DNA of 64,000 nucleotides from Vicugna vicugna. Its lineage: Eukaryota. Numbering within the stretch: the first letter of the stretch is position 1; each line of letters begins with the position of its first letter. Both the position numbers and the translations under genes were made by a program. Location: assembly GCA_013265495.1 (NCBI GenBank), contig MU058540.1:2691696-2755695 (forward strand), read 5' to 3'. The notes below the pieces were generated by a model, which was not told the origin of the DNA, made no database searches, and saw nothing but the letters and a program-made list of their open reading frames with translations. Shown here piece by piece: positions 53,077 to 64,000 of the stretch.

Positions 53077-54423
53077 GCTTCCCCACACCAACAAGCAATT
53101 CTCGAACACCAACAGGGTGTCTGTGAATTCAGCTCAATTCCAACACTATCCACCAGGAGACAGAATCTGAGATTCCACAGCTAAAGGGCTTAGTCCCACA
53201 AGACCACCCTCCACTTAGAAGCCAGTCACAAGCCCAGGTTGTTATCTGTGTTTCCCACCTGTGCTTCCCACCTGTGCTATAAAGCAGAGGTTCCCACAAC
53301 TCCTTCCTTTTTTGATTTCTTTAATTTGCTAGAAAGGCTCACAGAATTCAGAGAAACATTTTACTTACTAGATTATTGATTTATCATAATAAAGGACACA
53401 GGTGAATGTCCAGATGGAAGAGATGTGTAGACTAAGGGGCAGGGAAAGGGTGGGGAGCTTTCATGCCCTCTCCCAGCACGTCCCCGGTGTTCACTGACCC
53501 GGAAGCTCTCCTAACACTGTCCTTTTTGGCTTTTACAGAGGCTTAATTAATTTTACAAAGGCATGATTGGATTAACCATTGACTGACAGTGATTGATTCA
53601 ACCTCCAGCCTCTCTTCCCTCCCCTGAGGTCAGTGGGCGGGCCTGAAAGTTCTAACCATCTAATCACATGGTTAGTTCTCCTGGCAACCAGGCCCCATCC
53701 TTGGGTGGGATCCAAAAGTCAACTTACCTGAAGCGTTTTGAGGAACTGAGGACAAGATACCAAATTTTATGCATTGTTCTTATCTCTCAGGAAATTCCAA
53801 GGATTTTGGGAGTTGCGAGCCAGGAACTGTGGATGAAAACCAAATATATATGAGAAATACCTTTCAGTCATCAGAATGACCAAATATATAATTTTCCTAT
53901 AAATTACAATATCACAGATACATTGCATTCGTAAGGGCTCTACCCTCAAGATCTAATTAACTGCCAAAAGTCACACATCAAAATACCACCACACTGGATA
54001 AAGTTTCAATACATGTGACTTATATGTGGAATCTAAAAAACAAAGAAATGGAAAAAATAATAATAAAAATAAATAAGTAAAAAGCAAAGAAATGAATATA
54101 ACAAAACAGAAACAGATACAGAAAACAAACTTGTGGTCACCAGTGGGGAGAGAGAAGAGGGGAGGGGCAAGATAGGGGTAAGGAATTAAGAGGTACAAAC
54201 TATTATGTCTAAAATAAGCTAGGAGGATACAAGCTACAGTACAGGGACTATTGCAATATTTTATAACTTTAAATGGAGTATAATCTATAAAAATTTTGAA
54301 TCATGTTGTATACCTGAAACTAATGTAATATTATAAATCAACTATACCTCAAAAAAAAATTAAAAAATGTTTCAAGTATCAACATACGAATTTTGGGGGG
54401 ACACAAACATTCTGTCCATTACA
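52803..54423. mobile_element. MLT1 LTR split by a MER21-like LTR (~52997-53915) and an L1 3' end (~54015-54360)
   Basis: MLT1 start TGTCTTAGTTTGGGCTGCTATA, resumes at ~53920, ends GGGGGACACAAACATTCTGTCCATTACA. The nested LTR ends AATATCACA. Confidence 0.75.
53038..53074. repeat. (TG)n microsatellite inside LTR
   Basis: Read directly from the sequence. Confidence 0.95.
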
Positions 54424-54479
54424 TTAGGTTTATAAGAATTGCTTAGAGACTTAAAACACTTTTGCTTGTTATAATTTTT

Positions 54480-57060
54480 TCTTTTTTTTTTTCCTTTTTT
54501 AAAAATTGAGGTGACAAGGGAAAAAAGGTGAGAAGGGATAAATTTGGGAGTTTGAGATTTGCAATTGTTAACCACTACATGTAAAAACAGATAACAAACA
54601 AATTTCTTCTGTATAGCACAGGGAACTATATTCAATATCTTGTAATAACCTTTAATGAAAAAGAATATGAAAACAAATGCATGTATATGTATGCATAACT
54701 GGGACATTATGCTGTACACCAGAAACTGATACATTGTAACTGACTATACTTCAATGAAAAAAAAATCCAGGTGAAATGCACGTAACATAAAATTAACCAT
54801 TTTAAAGTGAACAATTCAGTAATATTTAGTACATTCACAATGTTGTACCTAGTTTCAAAATATATTCATCTCTCCAAAAGGAAACCTGGTGTTCATTAAG
54901 AAGCTGCTTCCCACCACCCCACCCTCATCCCTGAAAACCACCAACCTGCTTTCTATCTCTGTAAATTTACCCACTGTGGATATTTCATACAAATGGGTCA
55001 TACAGTATGAGACATTTTGTGACTGGCTTCTTTCACTTAGCATAATGTTTTCAAGGTTCATGCATGTTGTAGCATGGAGCAGGACTCATCCCTTATGAAT
55101 CATATTCCGCCGTATGCATATATTACAATTTGTTTATCCATTGATGGACATTTAGGCTCTTCCTAACTTTTAGCAAAATTGTGAATAGTGCTGCTATATC
55201 CATGCATGTGCATGTACTTCAAGTATCAGTTTTCAGTTCCTTTGGGTATATACCTAGAAGTAGAATTACTAGGTCATAAAGTAATTCTATGTTTAACATT
55301 GTAAGGAACTGAAAAACATTTCCACAGCAGCTACACTGTTTTACATTCTCACCAGCAACATGTGAGGGTTCTAATTTCTCCATATCCTCATCAACATTTG
55401 TTATTTTCCGTTTTAAAAGATTATTTTAGCCATCCCAATGCATGTGAAGGTGCACCTAACTGTGGTTTTGATTTGCATTGATAACCAATGATGTTGAGCA
55501 TCTTTTCACATGTTTCTTGGCCATTTGTATATCTTCTTTGGAGAAATGTCTATTCAAGTTTGCCCATTTTAAAATTTGTTGTTTTTGAGCAGTAAAAGTG
55601 CTTTATACTAGTTCTGGGTACTATTCCTTTATCAGATATATGATTTGCAAATACTTTTCTCATTCTGTAGGTTTTTGTTCCATTTCAGCCCCAACTGTTG
55701 CAACACCAACTGGTATACTGCAATTCAATTTGACATTAGATACCCGGAGTTAGCATCAGACTCTCTTAAGTTTAAGAGCATGGTTCTCAACAAGACTGTC
55801 TCCACTTCAGACACCAGTCTCAATTTCTGATGGTCTCTAGGTTACCTGCACTTTTGACTATGTGGCTACAAATGTAGGAATTTCCATGATTCCCTCAGGT
55901 TCAATAATTCACCAGAATGAATTACAGAACTCAAGAAACCACCATACTTGCTGTTCTATTTTTATTATAAAGGATACAGATCAGAAACAGCCAAATAGAA
56001 AAATGGGCAAGGTTGGGGAGGGTTCCCAACACAGTGTTTCTGTGTCTCCTCCCCATAGACTCAGAGTGCATTACCCTTCCAGCACATCAGTGTGTTCAGC
56101 AACCAGGAAGCCCCACTGAGCTTCTGTCCAGAGTTTTTAATGGGAGTATCATTATGTAGGCTTGATTGAATAAATCAACGGCTACATGATTGAATTCAAT
56201 CCCTAGCTCCTCTCCTCTCCCCAGAGGTAGGACTAGCTCAGAGTCCCAACCCTCTAATCATGTGGTTGCTCAGGAAATTCCAAGGGTTTTGGAAGCTTAA
56301 TGCCAGGAACCTGGGACAAAGACCAGACAACTTTATTACATAACAGTTCCCTTTCCACTTTCTCAATAATGCCCTTTAATGCACAAACATTTTTAATTTT
56401 GGTAAGGTTCAATTTAACTACTTTTTCTTTTGGTGCTTGTGCTTTTGGTGTCATATCTAGGAATCCATTGCCAAATCCAGGGTCATGTAGATTTGCCCCT
56501 ATGTTTTCTTGTAAGAACTTTATGGTTTCAGATTTAACACTTAGGTCATTGACGCATTTGCAGTTAATTTTTGTATACGATATGACATAAGGGTTCAACT
56601 TCTTTTTTTTTTTTTCATGTATCAGTTGTCACACCCCCATTTGTTTGACAGACCATTTGTTTTGAGAGACTATTCTTTCCCCATCGAAAAGTCTTGGCCC
56701 TTATCAAAAATCAGTTGGCTATAAATGTATGGGTTTGTTTCTGGACTGTCAATTCTATTCCATTGGTCTATGTCTGTCCTTATGCTAGTACCAATGTATT
56801 GATTACTATAGCTTTGTAGCAAGTTTTGAAATTGGGAAGTGTGAGTCCTCCAAATTTGTTCTTACTTTTCAATGTTAATTTTGTTAATGTTAATTTTGGT
56901 TATTTGGGGCCCCTTGCAAATCAACATGAATTTGAGGATTGGCTTTTCCATTTCTGCAAAAAATTTCTTTGGAATTTTGATAGGGATTACATTGAATCTG
57001 TAGATTGCTTTGGATATTACTGCCATCTTGACAACATTAAGTTTTCCAATACATAAACAC
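54480..57060 (-). mobile_element. Older L1 (antisense) with nested young L1 tip (54515-54760, +) and a second MER21-like LTR (~55685-56305)
   Basis: ORF2-like peptide PYVISYTKINCKCVNDLSVKSETIKFLQENIG. The nested segment resembles 53080-53700. Confidence 0.8.
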
Positions 57061-58389
57061 GGGCTATCTTGCTTGTTAGAATTTTAAGTCTACTATGATA
57101 GACCTTTAAAATGTTTCAGAAAATTAAATGTATTAAATGTACAAATGCTACTCGATACATTTAAAGAAGATAAATCATTCAAGTGTATAAATAAGTTTAC
57201 TTGTTTAGAGAAATTCTGCTTAACTTCTGATTCTATTAAAGATTTATCTAAGGACAGTGGAAATTATTGAACCTATGAAAAAACATTAGATTTTTAGAAA
57301 GTAATATAACAATGATTGGAAGTTTAGCTTAACCATACAAAAAGAACTAGATTTAGGAATTTGAAACTTTGGTAAATTTAATATTAATCAAAACACCAGA
57401 ATCCATCATTATTCTTTCTCAGGCACAAGAGCACCCATTAAAAAATAAAAAAGTCCAATTGTCACCTGGAATCTTTCTATGTGAAGGAAGTGGAAAATCT
57501 CCTGGGTGCATACACTTCTAACATCTGATTATAGCAGCTCTCTGAACCTTCCAGAGAGAAACATAATAAGTACTTAGTTAATGTTTATTGACTGAATGAA
57601 AGTGACTTTGCTTCACTGAAAGCACTTAGTAGGCTTTTGGCAAATACTTAGTGATATATGAATAAATACATGTATAAAATGAACTTTTTTCATATTAATA
57701 AAATTTCAAATCTATTCCTCACTTTGTGCTTTAGCCACACTGGTCTTTTTTCCCCTCCTTTTCTTTTTTAGTTCCTCTAACTTACTACATGACTTACATA
57801 TTCTGTACCCTCTTCTAGCAACATTCTCTCACTCTCTCACTCCTCTGACAAAGTTTGTCAGATATCTCCTGTTATCACTAAATTATCACTTCCTCCAGGA
57901 AGTCATCTTTGGTTTAACTACTCAAGTCAATCTTTCCTGTGACATATGTTCTTAAGACACCATTTCCCTCTCCAGACTATTTTCTACATAAGTAATTTCA
58001 CAACCACTTGTGTGATTATCTCTAATTCCCCACTATATTGGAACGTAGCCCTATGATGGCAGCCTGTGACTCTGTTTTATCTTACTTTTTCCTCCAAATC
58101 CATCTGTGTTTGAAAAATAGAAGGTACTTAACAAATACTTCTTGACTGAATGAATGATTGTTAAATATGTAATATGACCCAAAAAACTGTTTCAGGGGAT
58201 CATATAAAAATACATAGAAGGGTAATACCTCAAAGTGTCAAGGCGATTATGTTTTTAAAAAAAGCTTTAAATATGTAACTTGCAGAAACACTATTTTCAC
58301 ATAGTTGTCCAAGATACAAAATTAAAATGAGTTTTTAAATGAGTATTTGTTGTAATTGTGTGAGGTTATTTTCTACTTTTCCCTGTAAA

Positions 58390-58700
58390 TAACACTGTCC
58401 AACAGAAATATAATATGAGCCATACATGTAATTTTAAGTGTTCTAGTAGCCACATAAAAAGTATAAATAGATTTAAGTTAATTTTAATAATACAGTTCAT
58501 TTAACCCAATACATTATTTAACCCAACAAAAACATTATCATTTCAACACATAATCAACATAAAAATTAGTGAGATAGTTTACATTCTTTTTTTAAAATAA
58601 TAAATGTTTGAAATCCAGCTTGTATTTTATGTTTATAGAACATCTCAGGACTCAAATAACCACATGAGCCTAGTGTCTGCTGTATTGGACCATACAGCCC
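58390..58700. mobile_element. MER33-like hAT element
   Basis: CACTGTCCAACAGAAATATAAT...GTATTGGAC, inverted termini and TAGCCACAT motifs. Confidence 0.7.
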
Positions 58701-58704
58701 TAGC

Positions 58705-59132
58705 TCAGTTTCCAGTCTTCTCTGCCTCATTCTGCGCCCTGGAAGGCGACCTGCGCTTGCATCACCCAGCTCTTTTGCCCTCAGGTTTCTAGCTAGTTTT
58801 GGGCAATGGGAGGCACCATTAAAAAATGGGACTATGGGAAGAGAGAGCAGCCCAGTTATGTCAGACCACCCCCTCCCCATGCCCAAATTGGGCTGCCACA
58901 GTTCCTCTACCTAAGGCCATTATGGCCTCTCTTCAAAGCTACACGTTTGTCTGGCCCGGTAACACTGCTCCCTTCTTTTCCCCACTGGGCTTAAGAGCTG
59001 CCACTGGAAGCTCCCCCTCCACCCCACCCTTTGTGGGTTTCCTTACCCACATACCTCTGAAAAAAACTGCCTCTTCATTTAATCTTTTGTTGAGTATGCT
59101 ATTTTTCTCCTGCCAGAACACTAACTGAACCA
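58705..59132. mobile_element. ERVL LTR (LTR16/LTR33-like)
   Basis: GGGCAATGGGAGGCAC motif and a terminal CCTGCCAGAACACTAACTGAA resembling this family. Confidence 0.5.
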
Positions 59133-61839
59133 AGTAGTTAAGAACTATTGTTATGGCCCATGCTCTTATTAGATTTTCCTTCATGAACACCTTAAGTCAA
59201 TCACAATATTTAAAGTTTTAATTCTTGTACATAGATACAAATGCTCGGCCATCAGTAACTTTTTCTTTCTTAAATAAAAAAAACCCCATTTATCATATTG
59301 ATAACAGGTGAATTTTAGACTTGGAAGATAAGTTAGAGCCATGGTTCTCAGGCTTGAGAAGTCTGTGTCTGAGTAATTTCTGTATTAGGAATCCTGTTTG
59401 CAAGTAACAGGAAAAAAAACGAACTCAAAGTAGCTTAGGCAAATCAGGGGAAGAGGCAAGGAACTTGTACGTTCAATTAAGAATCCCAAAAGTGGAACTG
59501 GGCTCAGCGCTTCTTAAACAAGAGTTCTAGAGCTCCTTATTCCCCAACTCTCAGCTTTCCCTCTCTTTAGGTTGGGTCCACTGCAGGCTGCTTTCTCCCT
59601 CTTGGAGAGAGGATGGCTGCCAGGCTCAGGACCCTAGCAATCAGAGGAAGGGAGCACATCTCTCAATGGCTGGCCTAGCAGCAGTGCTAACAAAATAGCT
59701 AAGAAATCATGGAGGTAATATGGTACATCAATAATTACATCGCTCTTACAAATTTATAAGGGCATTTTTTGCAGTATACAACTTGCAGAATCTTAAATTG
59801 AAAGAGTTTCTTTAAAAGGATAATAGTTTATGGCTATGATGTGGCTAAGATAGAACCTGATATAAAGTCAACTTCAGGGAGTTATCTGACTTTAGGGTCC
59901 AAATTTGCAATCACTTTAACCAGAAGCCCTAGCACTGTTTATGGCTTGTAAAAAATATGGAAGCTAGAAATTGTTAAACCCTTATATTCTACATTTAAGT
60001 TAGCTATTAAAAGTTCTGAAGTTATTGTAATTTTTAAAATTACAAGTGCCATTAACTGACAGGTCTGATTGGATTACTCATCCATTCCTGAACTAACGGG
60101 GGTGGGTAGACAGGGGCACTAAGAACCAGAATGATTTAATTAACCAGGGTGTTCATGTCTCTACTTCTGAAAAAGCAGGGTGTAGGACCCAACCACACCT
60201 AAATCGATAATGTGGACTACTGTGAGAAAAGTAGTTCCTCAGAGAAAATCAACAGATGTTTGTTTACTACAACACATGATCCCCATTTCCTGTCCAAGAA
60301 ATTAAGAAATGGTCTCGTGAAGCTTTCTCTGGTGGTAGGATCTAGACCACAGCGGTTGGTGGTTGAATACATTTAAAGAAACATTAAAATATTCCATAAT
60401 TTAAATGGATAATTCACTTAGCTGCAGTTACCAGAAGATGGAATGGGTGAGTGGATGGGCAGAGAGGTTCAAGAGGTATTTGAGAATATGGTTGGAGGGA
60501 TTAAGAGTGCTCCATTGAAAGATGCATGCTAGACTAACATTACATACACAAACAACAACAAAAACCCAGGAAAAATGGTGGGAAAGAACGGGATATTGAA
60601 GTGTGAAAAGAACATTTTAAAAGAGTCAGCATTTTGGGGGGCAAATATTGTGCCAAATGAGTTACACACATCACTTAACTAATTAAATAAACAAATGTGT
60701 ATTGATAACCTGCTGTGTGCCAGGCTTGTTTCCAGGCAAAAAGTGAAGTTCCTGTGCAGGCAGACAGCACATAACAACCCTGCAAGGTTGTTGTAGTTAT
60801 CCTATTTTACAGAGAGGAAACCAATCCCAAGGGTAAGGGATTCTTCTCCAGACACTTTAGCACTAAGTAGCAATTCTGTGGTCCAAATCAAGCAGTGCCT
60901 GACTTCAAAGGCATTGCTTTGATAGAGGGAAGTAAAAATTGGAGAAAAGCTTTCACAGAAGGAGTGGAGTAAATCAGAGAAAATATAAGTGAGCCAGAAG
61001 AGGAAAGCATTTAGAAAAAGAAAATTAAAAAGAAAAACAGAAAGCATTTGCTAGAATGCCTCGCCTGGGAAACATCCCAAGTAAATCCAGCTCAGGGCCT
61101 GGCTCAACAAAAGTACTTCCCATTTCCTCTCTTCCCTTGCAGTATGAAATCCCATTTTACAGGTAAGAAAACTAAGGCTCAGGGCCATTAAATTTTTTTT
61201 CTCCCCACTACAGATAAACATTTTAGAGCCACAATAAGAGATACGGCTTCAAAAGAAAATATCTGGGAAAAACAAAACAAGTAAATAATTGGCATAGCTT
61301 TCAGCTAATGGCGGAAACATACAAATGGTTATTGTTTTCTTAAGAGCAAATTTAAATAAATTTTAGCAATAAGTTAGACTCCACTGAAAGGGGGTAGGGA
61401 ACACCGGGCAAACTTCCTAGCTCAACTCGCTGTTTTAGAGAGGGAGATCTTCGTGATTTTTTTTGACACATTCGCGGTATTTCTCTCCCCAGAGTTAATT
61501 ATTCTCGTGGCTGTTTTTTTTTTTTTTTTAATGGAAGTGGAAAACAAAGTAAAGTGTGAATGACCCATGGGTCCCACCCCTGCCCCCAGGTCAATACCGT
61601 TGGAAGGAGACAGGCTGGCACTCGTTTGGCGTCCCAGAATTTAAATTCAATCTTCTTCAGGAACCTTCTTTCACTGTTATTTGCTAAAGGTGATCGTTTC
61701 CAGACTGCCTGACCACTCTCATTTGCCTTTCAGTTTCTAGTAAACATTTCAAGAGTCCAGGATGATGACGCTACCATCTCTGCCAAATCCTGCAGTTTGG
61801 GTGAGAGGTGGGAAACCAACCAGAGTTGGGCAGCCCTTC

Positions 61840-62330
61840 CAGGATCGGGCTTTTCCTTAAGTGTGGGACCTGGGCGGGCACAATCTGGCGGCAGCTCGGT
61901 CACAAACAGTTCCGTGACCTTGAGAGCAACTCCGTAGCACGTTTGCAAAACTGACGGTCTTAGTTCCTGCCTAACCGCTCACAAGGATAAGGTAATTAGT
62001 GAATTCATCTAATACTTTAATCTCATTAGAAGCAAAAGGCTCTAAAGGCGCCTGGGAACCCTAGCCTATCTGGAGATGAGGGAGGGGGGACTGAGGGTAA
62101 CTCTAATGCCGGCAGCGGGGAAATCACACTCTCCGGGCCTCAGGCGACCAGAGCGTAACAGCGCTCGTCTCCGCGGACAAGGCGGCACAGCCAGAGCGCG
62201 CTCCCAGTAACCGCGGTTCTCGCTGCGTTTGTAGCAGCTCCGTCACGACCTCCTCCGCTTTTCATTGGGCGAGCCCGTCCAATCATGTGACTCCAGTTGG
62301 CGTATAAATAAGGGCGGGGAGAAGGCGGTG
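61840..62330 (+). promoter_or_regulatory. SRSF3 promoter: CpG island, CCAAT boxes, E-box, TATA box
   Basis: ATTGG 62264-62268, CCAAT 62279-62283, TCATGTGA 62283-62290, TATAAATA 62303-62310, GGGCGGGG at ~62312, CGTCA 62241-62245. Confidence 0.85.
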
Positions 62331-62453
62331 GTCCGCCATTTCGTGGACGCCAGGTCAGCGAGAGCTTCTGCGGGAGTCTCGCGTGTGGGGAGCGGGACGA
62401 CCCTGCCGAGTGTGTGTGGATTTGAGCCTCCGCGTTTTTAACACAAGATCTCG
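62331..62453 (+). other. SRSF3: SRSF3 non-coding exon 1 (coding exons lie right of the window)
   Basis: GTCCGCCATTTCGTGGACGCC...GTGTGGATTTGAGCC...AGATCTCG matches my recollection of the human SRSF3 5'UTR. Donor TCG|GTAAGA at 62453/62454. STK38 and SRSF3 are head-to-head neighbours in human. Confidence 0.85.
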
Positions 62454-63319
62454 GTAAGAGACCAGCGACTTAAGGAATGAAGTGGGAAGTGGAACTTAAC
62501 AGGACCCAGGTCGGGCCGGGCCAATGGCGGTGCCAGACTGAGACAAAGAGACGCAGCCGCCATTTTGTGACGTTCAGCACGGGGCGGTGGCGGGGGCTCT
62601 CGGCCCCTGGGAGGATGTTCCCAGGTCTGGAAGTGGAGGTGTTTTTAACCCTTCACTGGGAGTGGTAAGCCAGAAAGTGAGATTGCCCGAGAGTTGAGGC
62701 GAAGAGGAACTCGGTAATCGGTTGTACTCGGGGCCGCGGCCTTTGAATTTATGGCGCCTTTTTTTTGGGGTGGGGGACACGTTTTCTCAGGTAGCGTCTC
62801 AGGATTTTTTCAAGTCACGAATCAAGACTGGATTTTTCGACCCATATTAAGTGATTTTTGTAGTCACCTCATTTTTGTAATTTTAACTTGACTTCACTTT
62901 ATACAGCCTGAATCTATAGTTTTTTTTTTTTTTTGAAACCGATCTTCCTTGAGCTGAATTGTTCTTGTAGCTGCTTCCTGTTAATACGTAGGCCTGAAAC
63001 TGGTCACGGTAGTGCCCCCCCCCCAAACCATTCCCTAGCAATGATTTAGTCTCAGAACTTTTGGGCACAGGGTGAGGTCATGCAAATAGGATGTGTCTGG
63101 ACTGGCGTTTTAAAATTTGATTAGCCCAGAGTGAGAACATGGTGTTTGCAACAGCCCTTCAGCTGAGTTATGGGACAGGCTGCTTTTTCTGTGCAATTGA
63201 TACTGGCTTGTAAGTCGACTAGATTCATTGCTGAGGCGCCTTTATAAGTAGTGAAGATTTATCAGATGTAAGCCCTCAAAGTGCCGTAAAATCATAACGA
63301 ATACCTATTATCCCCACCC

Positions 63320-63720
63320 GAGGCGAAAGTAACGTAAGATTCATTTTAAAGTGCACGATTCAGAGGTATTTGGTACAGTCCAATGTTGTGCAACATCACC
63401 TCTAGTTCCAAAACATTTTATACCCCCTAAGGAGAGGTGTACACGTTAAGTAGCCACTCCCTGTTTGCCCTATCCCACTCCTCCCCTACCTAGCCCCCGG
63501 TAGCCACTACTCTCTGGATTTACCCATTTTGGATATTTCGTATGCGTGGAGTCTACGTTTGTGCGGTTCTGCGTCTGGTATCAAATTTAGCATCCAGCCT
63601 TCAAGTTTGTAGCATTTTTGAGTACTTCATTTTTGAATTGTACTTCATTCCTCTGTTGCGGATAATTTAACCATTTGTTGCTGGACTTGGGTTAACATCT
63701 TTTGGCTGTTGAGAATACAG
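63320..63720 (-). mobile_element. Old L1 3' fragment in SRSF3 intron 1
   Basis: CATTTTAAAGTGCACGATTCAG...ATGTTGTGCAACATCACC, similar to 54780-55200. Confidence 0.7.
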
Positions 63721-64000
63721 TGAGGTACAATTTAAAAAGTTTGTCTTGCTGCTTGAGGATTATGAAGCTGGTTAAGTTTTTTGTGAAGGCACATTTGTAT
63801 CACTTTTCTAGTGGTTTAGCCTTAACTGCTGTATTTCTTAAGCATTTCATTTCGTTTTTTAAGTATTGTCAGTTTACAGTTCATTTTGTTTTTGAGTCTT
63901 CAGGATTTGCTTACCTTTCTCAGTGCCTGGTGAAAAAAATTTTTTTGAGGTTCATTGAAATAGCAGGTAAAGTCCCTAACTGCCTACTTTGTGGTAAATG

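Noticed and set aside
31400..62330. Shared bidirectional promoter for STK38 and SRSF3
   Set aside because: The genes are divergent but about 31 kb apart, each with its own CpG island.

Overview
Mammalian genomic DNA, very probably camelid, inferred from several tRNA-Ala(AGC)-derived Vic-1-type SINEs. The left half carries the 5' two-thirds of STK38 (NDR1 kinase) on the minus strand. It has a non-coding exon 1 in a CpG island at about 31.1-31.4 kb and eight coding exons (26938 down to 4150) that splice with GT-AG boundaries into an open 834-nt CDS (codons 1-278); the remaining exons lie left of the window. The right end carries the CpG-island/TATA promoter and non-coding exon 1 of SRSF3 on the plus strand, so the two genes are divergent and about 31 kb apart. 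The intergenic region is mostly L1, L2, MIR, MaLR/ERVL LTR and hAT relics, with a TSD-flanked RPL39 processed pseudogene and a 35-N assembly gap. I found no convincing novel multi-gene system. The most interesting observations are an L1 segment missing from one copy and present inverted about 120 bp away, the RPL39 retrocopy, two apparent STK38 substitutions relative to human, a candidate CTCF site and a pair of perfect intronic hairpins. Repeat family names and human comparisons come from recall, not from database searches.
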